Below, piece after piece: positions 56,829 to 64,000 of a stretch of DNA of 64,000 bases. The stretch is from NCBI GenBank assembly GCA_951828515.1, contig OX639992.1, positions 1,826,008-1,890,007 on the forward strand, given 5' to 3'. The notes under the pieces were generated by a model that saw nothing but the letters and a program-made list of their open reading frames with translations, searched no databases and was not told where the DNA came from. Source of the DNA: an uncultured Poribacteria bacterium (GTDB lineage: Bacteria > Poribacteria > WGA-4E > WGA-3G). The stretch's first letter is position 1. Every line of letters begins with the position of its first letter. The position numbers and the translations under genes were made by a program.

Positions 56829-59177
56829 ATGCAACGCTTGCGAGTCCTTTTGGTGAAGCTTGCGAACCAAAACTTGCGCTACAAATGTCAGCAATTGATG
56901 TCGGACCTGCGCGTTGTCAAAACCTCTGGATTCAGGTCCTACGTTGGACTTCTCACCTTTTCCGCCGCTTCCCTCGCCATTGCCTTAGGAATCACCCTCC
57001 AAAAATACATTGTTTTTGAATACCACTCAAATTCGGGTATCGTCGGCTGGCTCAGTGTTCATGCGTATCCGAAACAGCAGGAATACTTCTTCTATCTGCT
57101 GGCACTGCTTGGTATCCCCACAACAATATATCTGTACTGGCTCGCGTGGTGTGTCTATTCGCGCTGGTGCGCCCAACGAACCGCCCAACCGATACAGCGT
57201 GTGCTGAAAGCAAACGCCTTGGCATCCATTCCGTTGTGGCTTTGCTGGCTACAGGTCTACTCTATCGGTCAGGGTATACTAACAGGCTTATTCGTACCGA
57301 TGAGTCTATCCATTTTGCTAAAATTGGTACTGTTGTATAAGCGGTACTTCCCTACACTGTGGACTCCAGATATTTCTGATGACAGAGACACCCACAACGC
57401 AGCCTGCAACAACGGCGCAGGCGGATTAATAGAAAAGCAGCCTAATCCTGAACCTCACTTTATAACTCCGCAAGGTACAATTAAAAAACGTGGTGGACTT
57501 GAATACCTTATCCTTCCCATTTTCATCTATCTCCTTATCTACTCTGGAAACATCCACGGCAAAATAGATTTATTTCATGAGGGTGAACGCCTCGCACCTC
57601 TCAATGAAATGCTGCACGGCGCGGTGCCGTTTCGGGACATCTATATCCAGCATGGACTCTTCCAAAACGCTTATCTGGCATGGTTGGGTAGCCAATTCTT
57701 TGAACCAACCCTATTCGGTATGCGTTCAATGGAGGACATATTGGACCCACTGGGTTATATCGCTCTCTACGTGCTCGGTTTGCAAGTATTCCGAGGTAGA
57801 TTTTTGACCGCTTTTATCTGTGTGATTATTGCCTCTGGGACAGAGTTTTGGGTAACTGCAAGACACAGCCTGGGCTTAATTAGTTTCGCCTTCGTAGCGA
57901 ATTCCCTTACGCACTTCCAAAAGACTCGCCCGAACCAGGTCCCTACATTTGTATGGAAATTGCTCCTCGCTGGGATCTCCACGAGTTTGGCGTTTTGGTA
58001 TAGCACTGAAATCGGGCTCTACACGCTGGGTGCCATCGGATTATTCCTGGTTATATATGTGTTCCAAGGCGGCTTTGGAACAGAGAATGGAAGAGGGCGA
58101 GGTTGGAAACCTCGCCAGCGGGAGGGAAGGGGAAGAGAATACCTGATCCCCTTAATCAGTTATGGCTGCGGGGTGCTGTTAGGTTTTCTCTCGGTAGGTA
58201 TCTATTTTTTATCGCACGGTGCCTTGGATGATGTAATCTGGAATTCCTATATCCAGTGTCGCTATCAACTCGCAACGTGGGGACTTGCTTTTCCATCTCT
58301 ATCGGAAACACTTGCCCTCTTGTCAACAGAGGGTTGGAACGCTTTCGTTTTCAGCGAAGGATTTCGATGGTACCTGCCCGTTTGCATCTTTTTGATCGTC
58401 GCGGCGTATCTGACATATCGGTGCTTATGTGGAACTGCATCAGAACCCAACGCGATGAAACTACTGCTGTTATTGCTCGGTGGCATTGCATTCTTCCGAA
58501 CTGCATTGGGACGTTCAGATGGTGGACATCTGATTTACGGCGCAACCTTTTTATGGCTGCTCTGTCTATTCCCATTAGAGAGAGGCATTTCCAAAATGTT
58601 CCGTGCGTGTCTATCGTTTTTAAGAGGGAACGGACGTTGGCAGTCCGCATTGAAGGCAGTGTGGGTGCTAATTCCGATGGCAATATTCTGTTGGTATGTA
58701 GGGCAAGCGCATCAGCCGTTGGCAGGTTTCCGAGAGAAATGGCAAAGATTGCGTCAGAACCCGTTCAAACAACGCGTTGTAACGCAGGAATTAGTGCGCG
58801 CAGGAAAGGTGGACATCCCAGACGATCAAGTTCAACAGGTTCAAAAGGTGGTCGCTTATATCCAAGAAAATACAGCACAGAACGAAAAGATTTTCGATTT
58901 TACGAGCCAGGGTGCCTACTACTTCTTCGCAGACCGACTGAGCGTTACCCGATTCCATCAAGTCTCGTACGCATCAACACCTGAGATGCAGCAAGAAGTT
59001 ATCTCAGCCCTTGAAAAGGACAAAACGCGTTTAGTGATCTTTAAAACCGGAGGTTGGTTCGATGCTGTTGACGATATTCCTGTCGAGGAGCGGCACCCCC
59101 TGATCGCGGAATACCTGCAGGCGAACTATGAACTCGCGGTGAACATTAACGAAACGGAGATTTTGCTTCGGAGATAA
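56829..59177 (+). CDS. large polytopic membrane protein, unknown function (contains an in-frame REP-element insertion)
   Basis: 782 aa with many TM helices and a GAGG RBS. Residues ENGRGRGWKPRQREGRGRE are encoded by a REP-like hairpin at 58096..58121. Confidence 0.5.
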   Translation: MQRLRVLLVKLANQNLRYKCQQLMSDLRVVKTSGFRSYVGLLTFSAASLAIALGITLQKYIVFEYHSNSGIVGWLSVHAYPKQQEYFFYLLALLGIPTTIYLYWLAWCVYSRWCAQRTAQPIQRVLKANALASIPLWLCWLQVYSIGQGILTGLFVPMSLSILLKLVLLYKRYFPTLWTPDISDDRDTHNAACNNGAGGLIEKQPNPEPHFITPQGTIKKRGGLEYLILPIFIYLLIYSGNIHGKIDLFHEGERLAPLNEMLHGAVPFRDIYIQHGLFQNAYLAWLGSQFFEPTLFGMRSMEDILDPLGYIALYVLGLQVFRGRFLTAFICVIIASGTEFWVTARHSLGLISFAFVANSLTHFQKTRPNQVPTFVWKLLLAGISTSLAFWYSTEIGLYTLGAIGLFLVIYVFQGGFGTENGRGRGWKPRQREGRGREYLIPLISYGCGVLLGFLSVGIYFLSHGALDDVIWNSYIQCRYQLATWGLAFPSLSETLALLSTEGWNAFVFSEGFRWYLPVCIFLIVAAYLTYRCLCGTASEPNAMKLLLLLLGGIAFFRTALGRSDGGHLIYGATFLWLLCLFPLERGISKMFRACLSFLRGNGRWQSALKAVWVLIPMAIFCWYVGQAHQPLAGFREKWQRLRQNPFKQRVVTQELVRAGKVDIPDDQVQQVQKVVAYIQENTAQNEKIFDFTSQGAYYFFADRLSVTRFHQVSYASTPEMQQEVISALEKDKTRLVIFKTGGWFDAVDDIPVEERHPLIAEYLQANYELAVNINETEILLRR
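58096..58121. repeat. REP-like hairpin GGCGAGGTTGGAAACCTCGCCAGCGG located inside a CDS
   Basis: Same family; inserted in-frame within the 56829..59177 membrane protein gene. Confidence 0.6.
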
Positions 59178-59275
59178 TATTATTAGTTATCAGTCGTCAG
59201 TCATCAATTTTCAGTTAAGAGATGATTTCCAAACGAAAACGGTTGTCGTTTAACCGAAACCGCTTTAATCAATAA

Positions 59276-60340
59276 CTACTTTTGTTGTTCAATGAAGATT
59301 CGGTAGATGTCCTCAAAGAGTCTGACATCTGTGAGTGTATCTTCGGCTGAAGATCGGAAGGGTTCATTGTTGCGGACATTCGCCACAAAGTATTCCGCTT
59401 CCCTGTGGTATGCCCAGGTCCAACTCGGTCTCGGAATCGGACGTGTGATTTCCTGTTCTTCTCCGGCTCGATAGACTTCAACCTCTGCAGGCGTATTTTT
59501 CAAAAGCAACGGTGGTGCCCACGTATGAACCCATCCGTTCTCAAAGTAGATTTGACTATGCTCATCCCACCGGTAGTGAGAGACATGTCCGGTCTCTAAC
59601 GTCACACGGATGCCATCCATATCGAAGATAACAACACCAGAATATCCGTTAGGGTCTAAATCGACGACTCTGATGCTAACGTTGTCGCCGGCATCAAGAA
59701 ACCAGCGCATCAGATTAATATTGTGCGTGTACTGTTGTAAATATCCTAAATAAGAACCGCGCCACTGTTCGGGTATCCACTCTGGGGTTTTGACAGGTGC
59801 GCTCGGCTTTGTTTCTGTTGTCCCATCCATGTGGGTATCGAGATTACACACCCAGTCGCCACCGAATCCGTGATTCCTTGCATACGTCAAGCGTCCGAGT
59901 TCATCTGTTTCTCGGAATTGTGAGACCTTTGCCTTGACGATCTCGTTTCCGGCATCGTACCGTTTCATATAACCGACCATCAACTTTTTGCCAGACGCCT
60001 GCGATGCTGATACAATAGCTTCGGCTTGTTCAACGGAAACAGCCATCGGTTTCTCCATGAAGACGTGCTTACCTGCTAAAAGGAGATCCTTCGCGATTTC
60101 ACCTTGTAATGCAAAGTCGGCAGATACGGCGACTGCTTCAATATCGGCATTTTGTGCGAGTTCACCGTGGTCCCGGTAAAGTTGAGGAATACCAAAACGG
60201 CTTTGGACTTTCTTTCCCAACTCCGTACGGACCTCTGCGAGTCCAATGAGTTCACAGTCTGGAATGCTTGCAAAATTTGGGATGTGGACCTTCTGTGCCA
60301 TGAACCCACAGCCGATATAACCGAGTCGAATGTTTTCCAT
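59276..60340 (-). CDS. Gfo/Idh/MocA family oxidoreductase
   Basis: IRLGYIGCGFMAQKVHIPNF Rossmann start, EKPMAVSVEQAE motif. Preceded by the conserved leader variant GGGCAAAATTAAAAT-ATG. Confidence 0.8.
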   Translation of the reverse strand: MENIRLGYIGCGFMAQKVHIPNFASIPDCELIGLAEVRTELGKKVQSRFGIPQLYRDHGELAQNADIEAVAVSADFALQGEIAKDLLLAGKHVFMEKPMAVSVEQAEAIVSASQASGKKLMVGYMKRYDAGNEIVKAKVSQFRETDELGRLTYARNHGFGGDWVCNLDTHMDGTTETKPSAPVKTPEWIPEQWRGSYLGYLQQYTHNINLMRWFLDAGDNVSIRVVDLDPNGYSGVVIFDMDGIRVTLETGHVSHYRWDEHSQIYFENGWVHTWAPPLLLKNTPAEVEVYRAGEEQEITRPIPRPSWTWAYHREAEYFVANVRNNEPFRSSAEDTLTDVRLFEDIYRIFIEQQK

Positions 60341-60497
60341 ATTTTAATTTTGCCCTAACGGGAGGTATCAGGTGTTGTGTGGCAACGTCCCCGAAATCCA
60401 AAGATCCGCTTTTCGCCTTCGGCTACAAGCTGCCACCGTCCGCTAAGTTTTAAACTTACCCGTACGGGATGGTCCTCCAGATAATTCAAAAAGATGT

Positions 60498-60944
60498 CTA
60501 ACGAAGATAGCGCGCCTCTATCTGCTCAACCGCGGTTTGAGCCCCTTCCCTTACAAGTGCGGAGGCATCGTCTCGGGCAAGTTGCTTCAGTTTACCGAGA
60601 CTGAGGCTCGCTTCCAGTTTACCGAGGGCGACTGCGACGAAATAGCGTACATCGGCATCTTCGTCGTCCAGTGCCTCTAAGAGTACGTTTGTATCCATTA
60701 CGGTGGCAAGATGTCGGTCAGCATCACCGATATTAATCAACGCCTGCGCGGCGAGCCGCCGCGAATGAATGTCTCCGTGAAGGAGGGAGGAGAGCAAGTC
60801 GTCGTTTCCTTTGGAAATGACACCTAAGTTATCCCAATCACAATCCAAACAGAACCATGAATTACCATCCAACCGACGGAGGTTCGCATTTTCGCACGAG
60901 GGACATTCCTCAAATTCCTGTTGTTGACTTATGATTTTGTCCAT
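60498..60944 (-). CDS. HEAT/PBS-lyase-like repeat protein with N-terminal zinc ribbon
   Basis: CPSC...CLDC zinc ribbon, then HEAT-like repeats (RRLAAQALINIGD ... DADVRYFVAVALGKL). AAGGA RBS. Confidence 0.55.
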   Translation of the reverse strand: MDKIISQQQEFEECPSCENANLRRLDGNSWFCLDCDWDNLGVISKGNDDLLSSLLHGDIHSRRLAAQALINIGDADRHLATVMDTNVLLEALDDEDADVRYFVAVALGKLEASLSLGKLKQLARDDASALVREGAQTAVEQIEARYLR

Positions 60945-61004
60945 TGTCCTTGATTACGGCACACGCTATGTGCCTCCTACTTTTCGCGCCGTATTCGGCG
61001 TATA

Positions 61005-61412
61005 TCAGTTCCCATTTTTGGTAGTCGTCATAGCTTCGTCAATCGTAGGGTTTCCTTCTAACTCAGGTAACTCGCGCCAGATTTCAGGACCCTCTGGTTT
61101 GAAATTAATTGTCGCGATGAACTGCATACCGTGATAGAAGTTAATTTTGAATTTGCCGCCGCCGAAATTTTTCCTGAGATACTGCAATGGGGCTTCAATC
61201 AACGGACCCATTTCGTCTGCGTGATAGAAAGCAAGCGGTTTAAACCGTACTGTATTGCCGACAGGTTCTTGCACGAGTAACTGTGCCGACGTAGCAGGAA
61301 AAAGCACCTGAAACGCTTGCCAAAGGTCGGAAACAGTGGGATCCAGTTTCCCAATGCGTTTTTTAAAGTCGTTCTCAAGATATTCTGAGAAGGTATTGAA
61401 AACCCAGTCCAT
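61005..61412 (-). CDS. hypothetical protein
   Basis: 135 aa ORF with no motif recognised. Confidence 0.35.
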   Translation of the reverse strand: MDWVFNTFSEYLENDFKKRIGKLDPTVSDLWQAFQVLFPATSAQLLVQEPVGNTVRFKPLAFYHADEMGPLIEAPLQYLRKNFGGGKFKINFYHGMQFIATINFKPEGPEIWRELPELEGNPTIDEAMTTTKNGN

Positions 61413-61604
61413 GATTTAGCCATCGGTTATCGGTTGTCGGTAGGGTATGCAGCAGTTGCAATAATAGTTTCGTACACCACAAACTGCTCTTAACCGATAA
61501 CTGACAACTGACAACCACTCCTCTGATAACTATTACAGCGGTGCCTTTAAGAAGTCCTTCCAATCAAAATTGGGCAGAGGAAACTCCTCCGTGGCTTTGC
61601 ATTG

Positions 61605-62018
61605 TCAAAATGTCGCCGCTTTCTCGAAAAACTCAATATCTACACGTTCAACACCGGCTTGTCGTGCATTTTCAGCGACACGCTGGACAACCATCTCACG
61701 GACAAACGGAATTGGTATCCGCTTGACTCGGTGCTCGACTTCCTCTGTACAAGGTACTGCAGTGTTATCAAGGAAGGGACCGTCCTGAAGTGCGGCTTCA
61801 GCAGGGTGGTCGCAAGTCTCAGGCACGAGTTGTTGCAGTCGCATCGAGACATAACCCGTCACCCACTGCTTGAACTCCTCAGTTTTCTCGGTACCAACTT
61901 CACCGACATCGGAACGCTGTTCCAACTTTTCGTTGATACTGACGAGCAGACTTTCCAGACGTGTCAAGCGTTCTTCTACACTCGTAAGCCGCTCGTGCGC
62001 ATTTGTTTGCTCACTCAT
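61605..62018 (-). CDS. hypothetical protein with PCP_red-like (protochlorophyllide-reductase C-terminal-type) domain
   Basis: C-terminal KRIPIPFVREMVVQRVAENARQAGVERVDIEFFEKA parallels [37 protein letters not shown] in the ORF at 63583..63975. N-terminal coiled coil. AAGGAG RBS. Confidence 0.4.
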   Translation of the reverse strand: MSEQTNAHERLTSVEERLTRLESLLVSINEKLEQRSDVGEVGTEKTEEFKQWVTGYVSMRLQQLVPETCDHPAEAALQDGPFLDNTAVPCTEEVEHRVKRIPIPFVREMVVQRVAENARQAGVERVDIEFFEKAATF

Positions 62019-62028
62019 GTTCTTCTCC

Positions 62029-62748
62029 TTAAATTACCCAATACTTCCAGAGGTCTTCTGGAATTTCGTATTTAATCTCCTCCCGTTTTTTATGGGAGTA
62101 ACGTGCGAAGATCCCAAAACGGGGGACATCTTTGACATTCGCTGAACCGGTATGGCAGAGAAACGCGTGCCACAACACAACATCGCCAGGGGCACCGATA
62201 AACTCACAAGGTCCCTCTGGTGATAAATCCGAAAGCACATGCCATCCCCACTCCTCAATATCATAGAAACTGCCATCAATCTGCTCTGGATATTGAAGGA
62301 AGTACTTGTGCGTTGAAGAGTGACTCTGGGGCCAAAAGACGAAAGCCCCGCCACCGGGTTCGACATCATAGAGGTAGGTCGTTGCACCGAGCATAAAAGG
62401 GCTCCAACCACCGGGACCGTATGCGTCAATATGTCCACTACCGGGCATCGACCACTCTTCTTCAGGGTTGGGCCACTTGACAAGCGGTGAACCACCACCC
62501 CCAGCAAATTGACCGCCACCGAGTTGTTCGGTAATCTCCTGCATCACAGGCAACTGCCCAAACAATGGCGAAAAACTGAAGTTTTGCACCACGTAATCGC
62601 CGGGCCATGTTTCTGGCGTTTCCATGCTGGAATTAAAATGCTCCCAGACCTGGGTCCGCCATCCCTCAATTATCTCAGGATTAATCAAATTCTTAAGGAT
62701 TAAGTATCCATGTTCCTGAAAAAATGCTATCTGATCTGCTGTAAGCAT
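62029..62748 (-). CDS. phytanoyl-CoA dioxygenase (PhyH) family Fe(II)/2OG oxygenase
   Basis: GSGHIDAYG (HxD) ... LCHTGSAN distal His. The ATG at 62748 is the likely start; the track ORF extends to 62814. Tandem paralog of the next gene. Confidence 0.7.
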   Translation of the reverse strand: MLTADQIAFFQEHGYLILKNLINPEIIEGWRTQVWEHFNSSMETPETWPGDYVVQNFSFSPLFGQLPVMQEITEQLGGGQFAGGGGSPLVKWPNPEEEWSMPGSGHIDAYGPGGWSPFMLGATTYLYDVEPGGGAFVFWPQSHSSTHKYFLQYPEQIDGSFYDIEEWGWHVLSDLSPEGPCEFIGAPGDVVLWHAFLCHTGSANVKDVPRFGIFARYSHKKREEIKYEIPEDLWKYWVI

Positions 62749-62801
62749 CTGGGTTCCCTCTATCGGTAAAGGACTGATGGCTGATAACTGACAACCACCT
62801 C

Positions 62802-63527
62802 TTAAATTGCCCAATATTTCCAGAGATTCTCTGGGATCTCATATTTAATCTCATCCTGTTTTTTATGGGCATATCGCGCAAAGAGACCAAAACGCGGGAC
62901 GCTTCTCACATTTTCCGATCCGGTATGACAGAGAAACGCGTGCCATAGCACAACATCACCCGCAGCACCAATAAATTCATGGGGTCCCTCTGGGGACAAA
63001 TCCGAGAGGACGTGCCACCCCCAACCCTCAATATCATAGAAACTGCCATCGATCTGTTCAGGGTACTGAAGGAAGTACTTGTGCGTTGAAGAGTGGCTCC
63101 GGGGCCAAAAGATGAAAGCACCCGCCTTGGGTTCAGCATCATAAAGATAGGTTGTCGCCCCTATCATAAAGGGGCTCCAGCCAGCAACAGCCCCATACGC
63201 GTCGATGTGTCCATCCTTGGGCAGTGCCCACTTTTCTTCAGGATTGGGCCACTTGATAATCGGTGACCCGCCACCGCCTGTAAAGAACTGTCCGCCACCA
63301 AGCTGATCGGTGATCTCTTGCATCACAGATAGATGCCCAAACAACGGTGAGAAACTGAAGCCTGGAATCTCATAATCGTTGGGCCACGTCTCCGGTGTTT
63401 CCAAGCTGGAATTAAAATGCTTCCATATCTGGGTCCGCCATCCCTCAATTATCTCAGGATCAATCAAATTCTTAAGGATAAGGTATCCGTGTTCCCGAAA
63501 AAATGCTATCTGCTTTGTCGTCAGCAT
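62802..63527 (-). CDS. phytanoyl-CoA dioxygenase (PhyH) family Fe(II)/2OG oxygenase (tandem paralog)
   Basis: About 75% identical to 62029..62748 (MLTTKQIAFFREHGYLILKNLIDPEIIEGWRTQIW...). The ATG at 63527 has an AAGGA RBS. Confidence 0.7.
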   Translation of the reverse strand: MLTTKQIAFFREHGYLILKNLIDPEIIEGWRTQIWKHFNSSLETPETWPNDYEIPGFSFSPLFGHLSVMQEITDQLGGGQFFTGGGGSPIIKWPNPEEKWALPKDGHIDAYGAVAGWSPFMIGATTYLYDAEPKAGAFIFWPRSHSSTHKYFLQYPEQIDGSFYDIEGWGWHVLSDLSPEGPHEFIGAAGDVVLWHAFLCHTGSENVRSVPRFGLFARYAHKKQDEIKYEIPENLWKYWAI

Positions 63528-63582
63528 ACGAATTCCTTCTGTGGTTGTTTGACGCACAGCGGCGTGCGCCTACTATCTTGCA

Positions 63583-64000
63583 TTAGCGTTTTGGTCTGAA
63601 GGATGGAATACCAGTTTTATCAAATCTTTTCTTGACAGCCTGCATCAACTCAGGGGTAACCTCGCGATAACCGTGTTCGCGTGCGTATTTTTCAACGCTT
63701 TTGACGACCATGCCACGCGCAAACGATGGCACACGCTTCAACCGCTTTTCTGCCGCCGGTGTCCACTGCAAATCATAATCGGTTTCTGTCGCAAAAGCAA
63801 TCTTTTTCTCAATTTGAACGGGGGGTGTGTTGTGTTGTCCAGGCTGATATTCACACGATGCGTCTTCGGCAAGATAGTTGCCTGTAGTGGCATAGGCACG
63901 CGCCCTGCAACCGCCGCAAACTTCCCTGAATTCACACGCACCGCACTTTCCTTCAAGCAGATTCCGGTTCCGCAAATCCTGAAAAGTCTTTGATTCATTC
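63583..64000 (-). CDS. partial CDS (N-terminus outside window): Cys-rich SPASM/twitch-like segment followed by PCP_red-like domain
   Basis: The frame stays open to the window edge. [18 protein letters not shown] resembles the terminal Cys cluster of radical-SAM auxiliary domains. The C-terminus shares the RVP.FARGMVV..VE..ARE.G domain with 61605..62018. Confidence 0.4.
   Translation of the reverse strand, partial: NESKTFQDLRNRNLLEGKCGACEFREVCGGCRARAYATTGNYLAEDASCEYQPGQHNTPPVQIEKKIAFATETDYDLQWTPAAEKRLKRVPSFARGMVVKSVEKYAREHGYREVTPELMQAVKKRFDKTGIPSFRPKR

Noticed and set aside
58256-58984. 242-aa plus-strand ORF in alternate frame inside the 782-aa membrane protein gene
   Set aside because: It is an out-of-frame overlap with a longer ORF that has consistent TM periodicity. 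Its sequence is Arg-rich and low-complexity.

Overview
This 64 kb window reads as a chromosomal segment from an uncultured, repeat-rich bacterium of about 50% GC. The PSCyt-like lipoprotein, four phytanoyl-CoA dioxygenase paralogs, HEAT repeats and two TonB-dependent receptors hint at a PVC- or Poribacteria-like marine lineage, but that is inference only. I found no rRNA, tRNA or CRISPR.

Family assignments for housekeeping and catabolic genes rest on sequence motifs I could read directly:
- threonine synthase, archease, HpcH aldolase, an enolase-superfamily dehydratase and a 2-hydroxyacid dehydrogenase
- two medium-chain dehydrogenases, an acyl-CoA synthetase and two Gfo/Idh/MocA oxidoreductases
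- xylose-isomerase-like and RraA-like proteins
- a CysM/CysH/CysO/Mec+ cysteine-biosynthesis operon in which the sulfur carrier carries a GG-CSLS tail

The most unusual region is a co-directional minus-strand cluster at 19574..28950.
- It holds two paralogous GT4 glycosyltransferases, each with an N-terminal PqqD/RRE-like domain.
- It holds two duplicated small proteins of about 95 aa, with a conserved Flp-prepilin-like N-terminal 40 aa, a hydrophobic segment and a Cys-rich CxNDxxCxPGN C-terminus. Their upstream regions were duplicated with them.
- Also in the cluster are a TolB-like propeller, an A24 prepilin-peptidase-like membrane protein with a long C-terminal extension, and a three-domain fusion (degenerate 5'-nucleotidase-like / tetraheme cytochrome c / CPFG domain).
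- A sugar-phosphate nucleotidyltransferase closes the cluster, and an STT3/AglB-type oligosaccharyltransferase with a variant HWNHG motif lies nearby.
- Together these suggest an undescribed small-protein or peptide glycosylation and processing system. It could be RiPP-like or pilin-like; I cannot tell which.

Other notable items:
- an ECF sigma factor fused to a transmembrane segment and a BNR/Asp-box sensor domain
- tandem secreted paralogs with a CCPSGQCLDQC core
- a truncated sigma-54 activator
- a GmrSD-like type IV restriction gene, with Uma2 and PD-(D/E)xK nucleases elsewhere

The intergenic DNA is a mosaic of repeats:
- MITE-like elements with AGGACTTACGCA terminal inverted repeats
- a REP-like hairpin family, one copy of which is inserted in-frame in a CDS
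- CAGGATT arrays
- a 5x tandem duplication of the cysH ribosome-binding-site/start region
- a recurring CCGCAAGGAAAATTAAAAT-ATG translation-initiation leader
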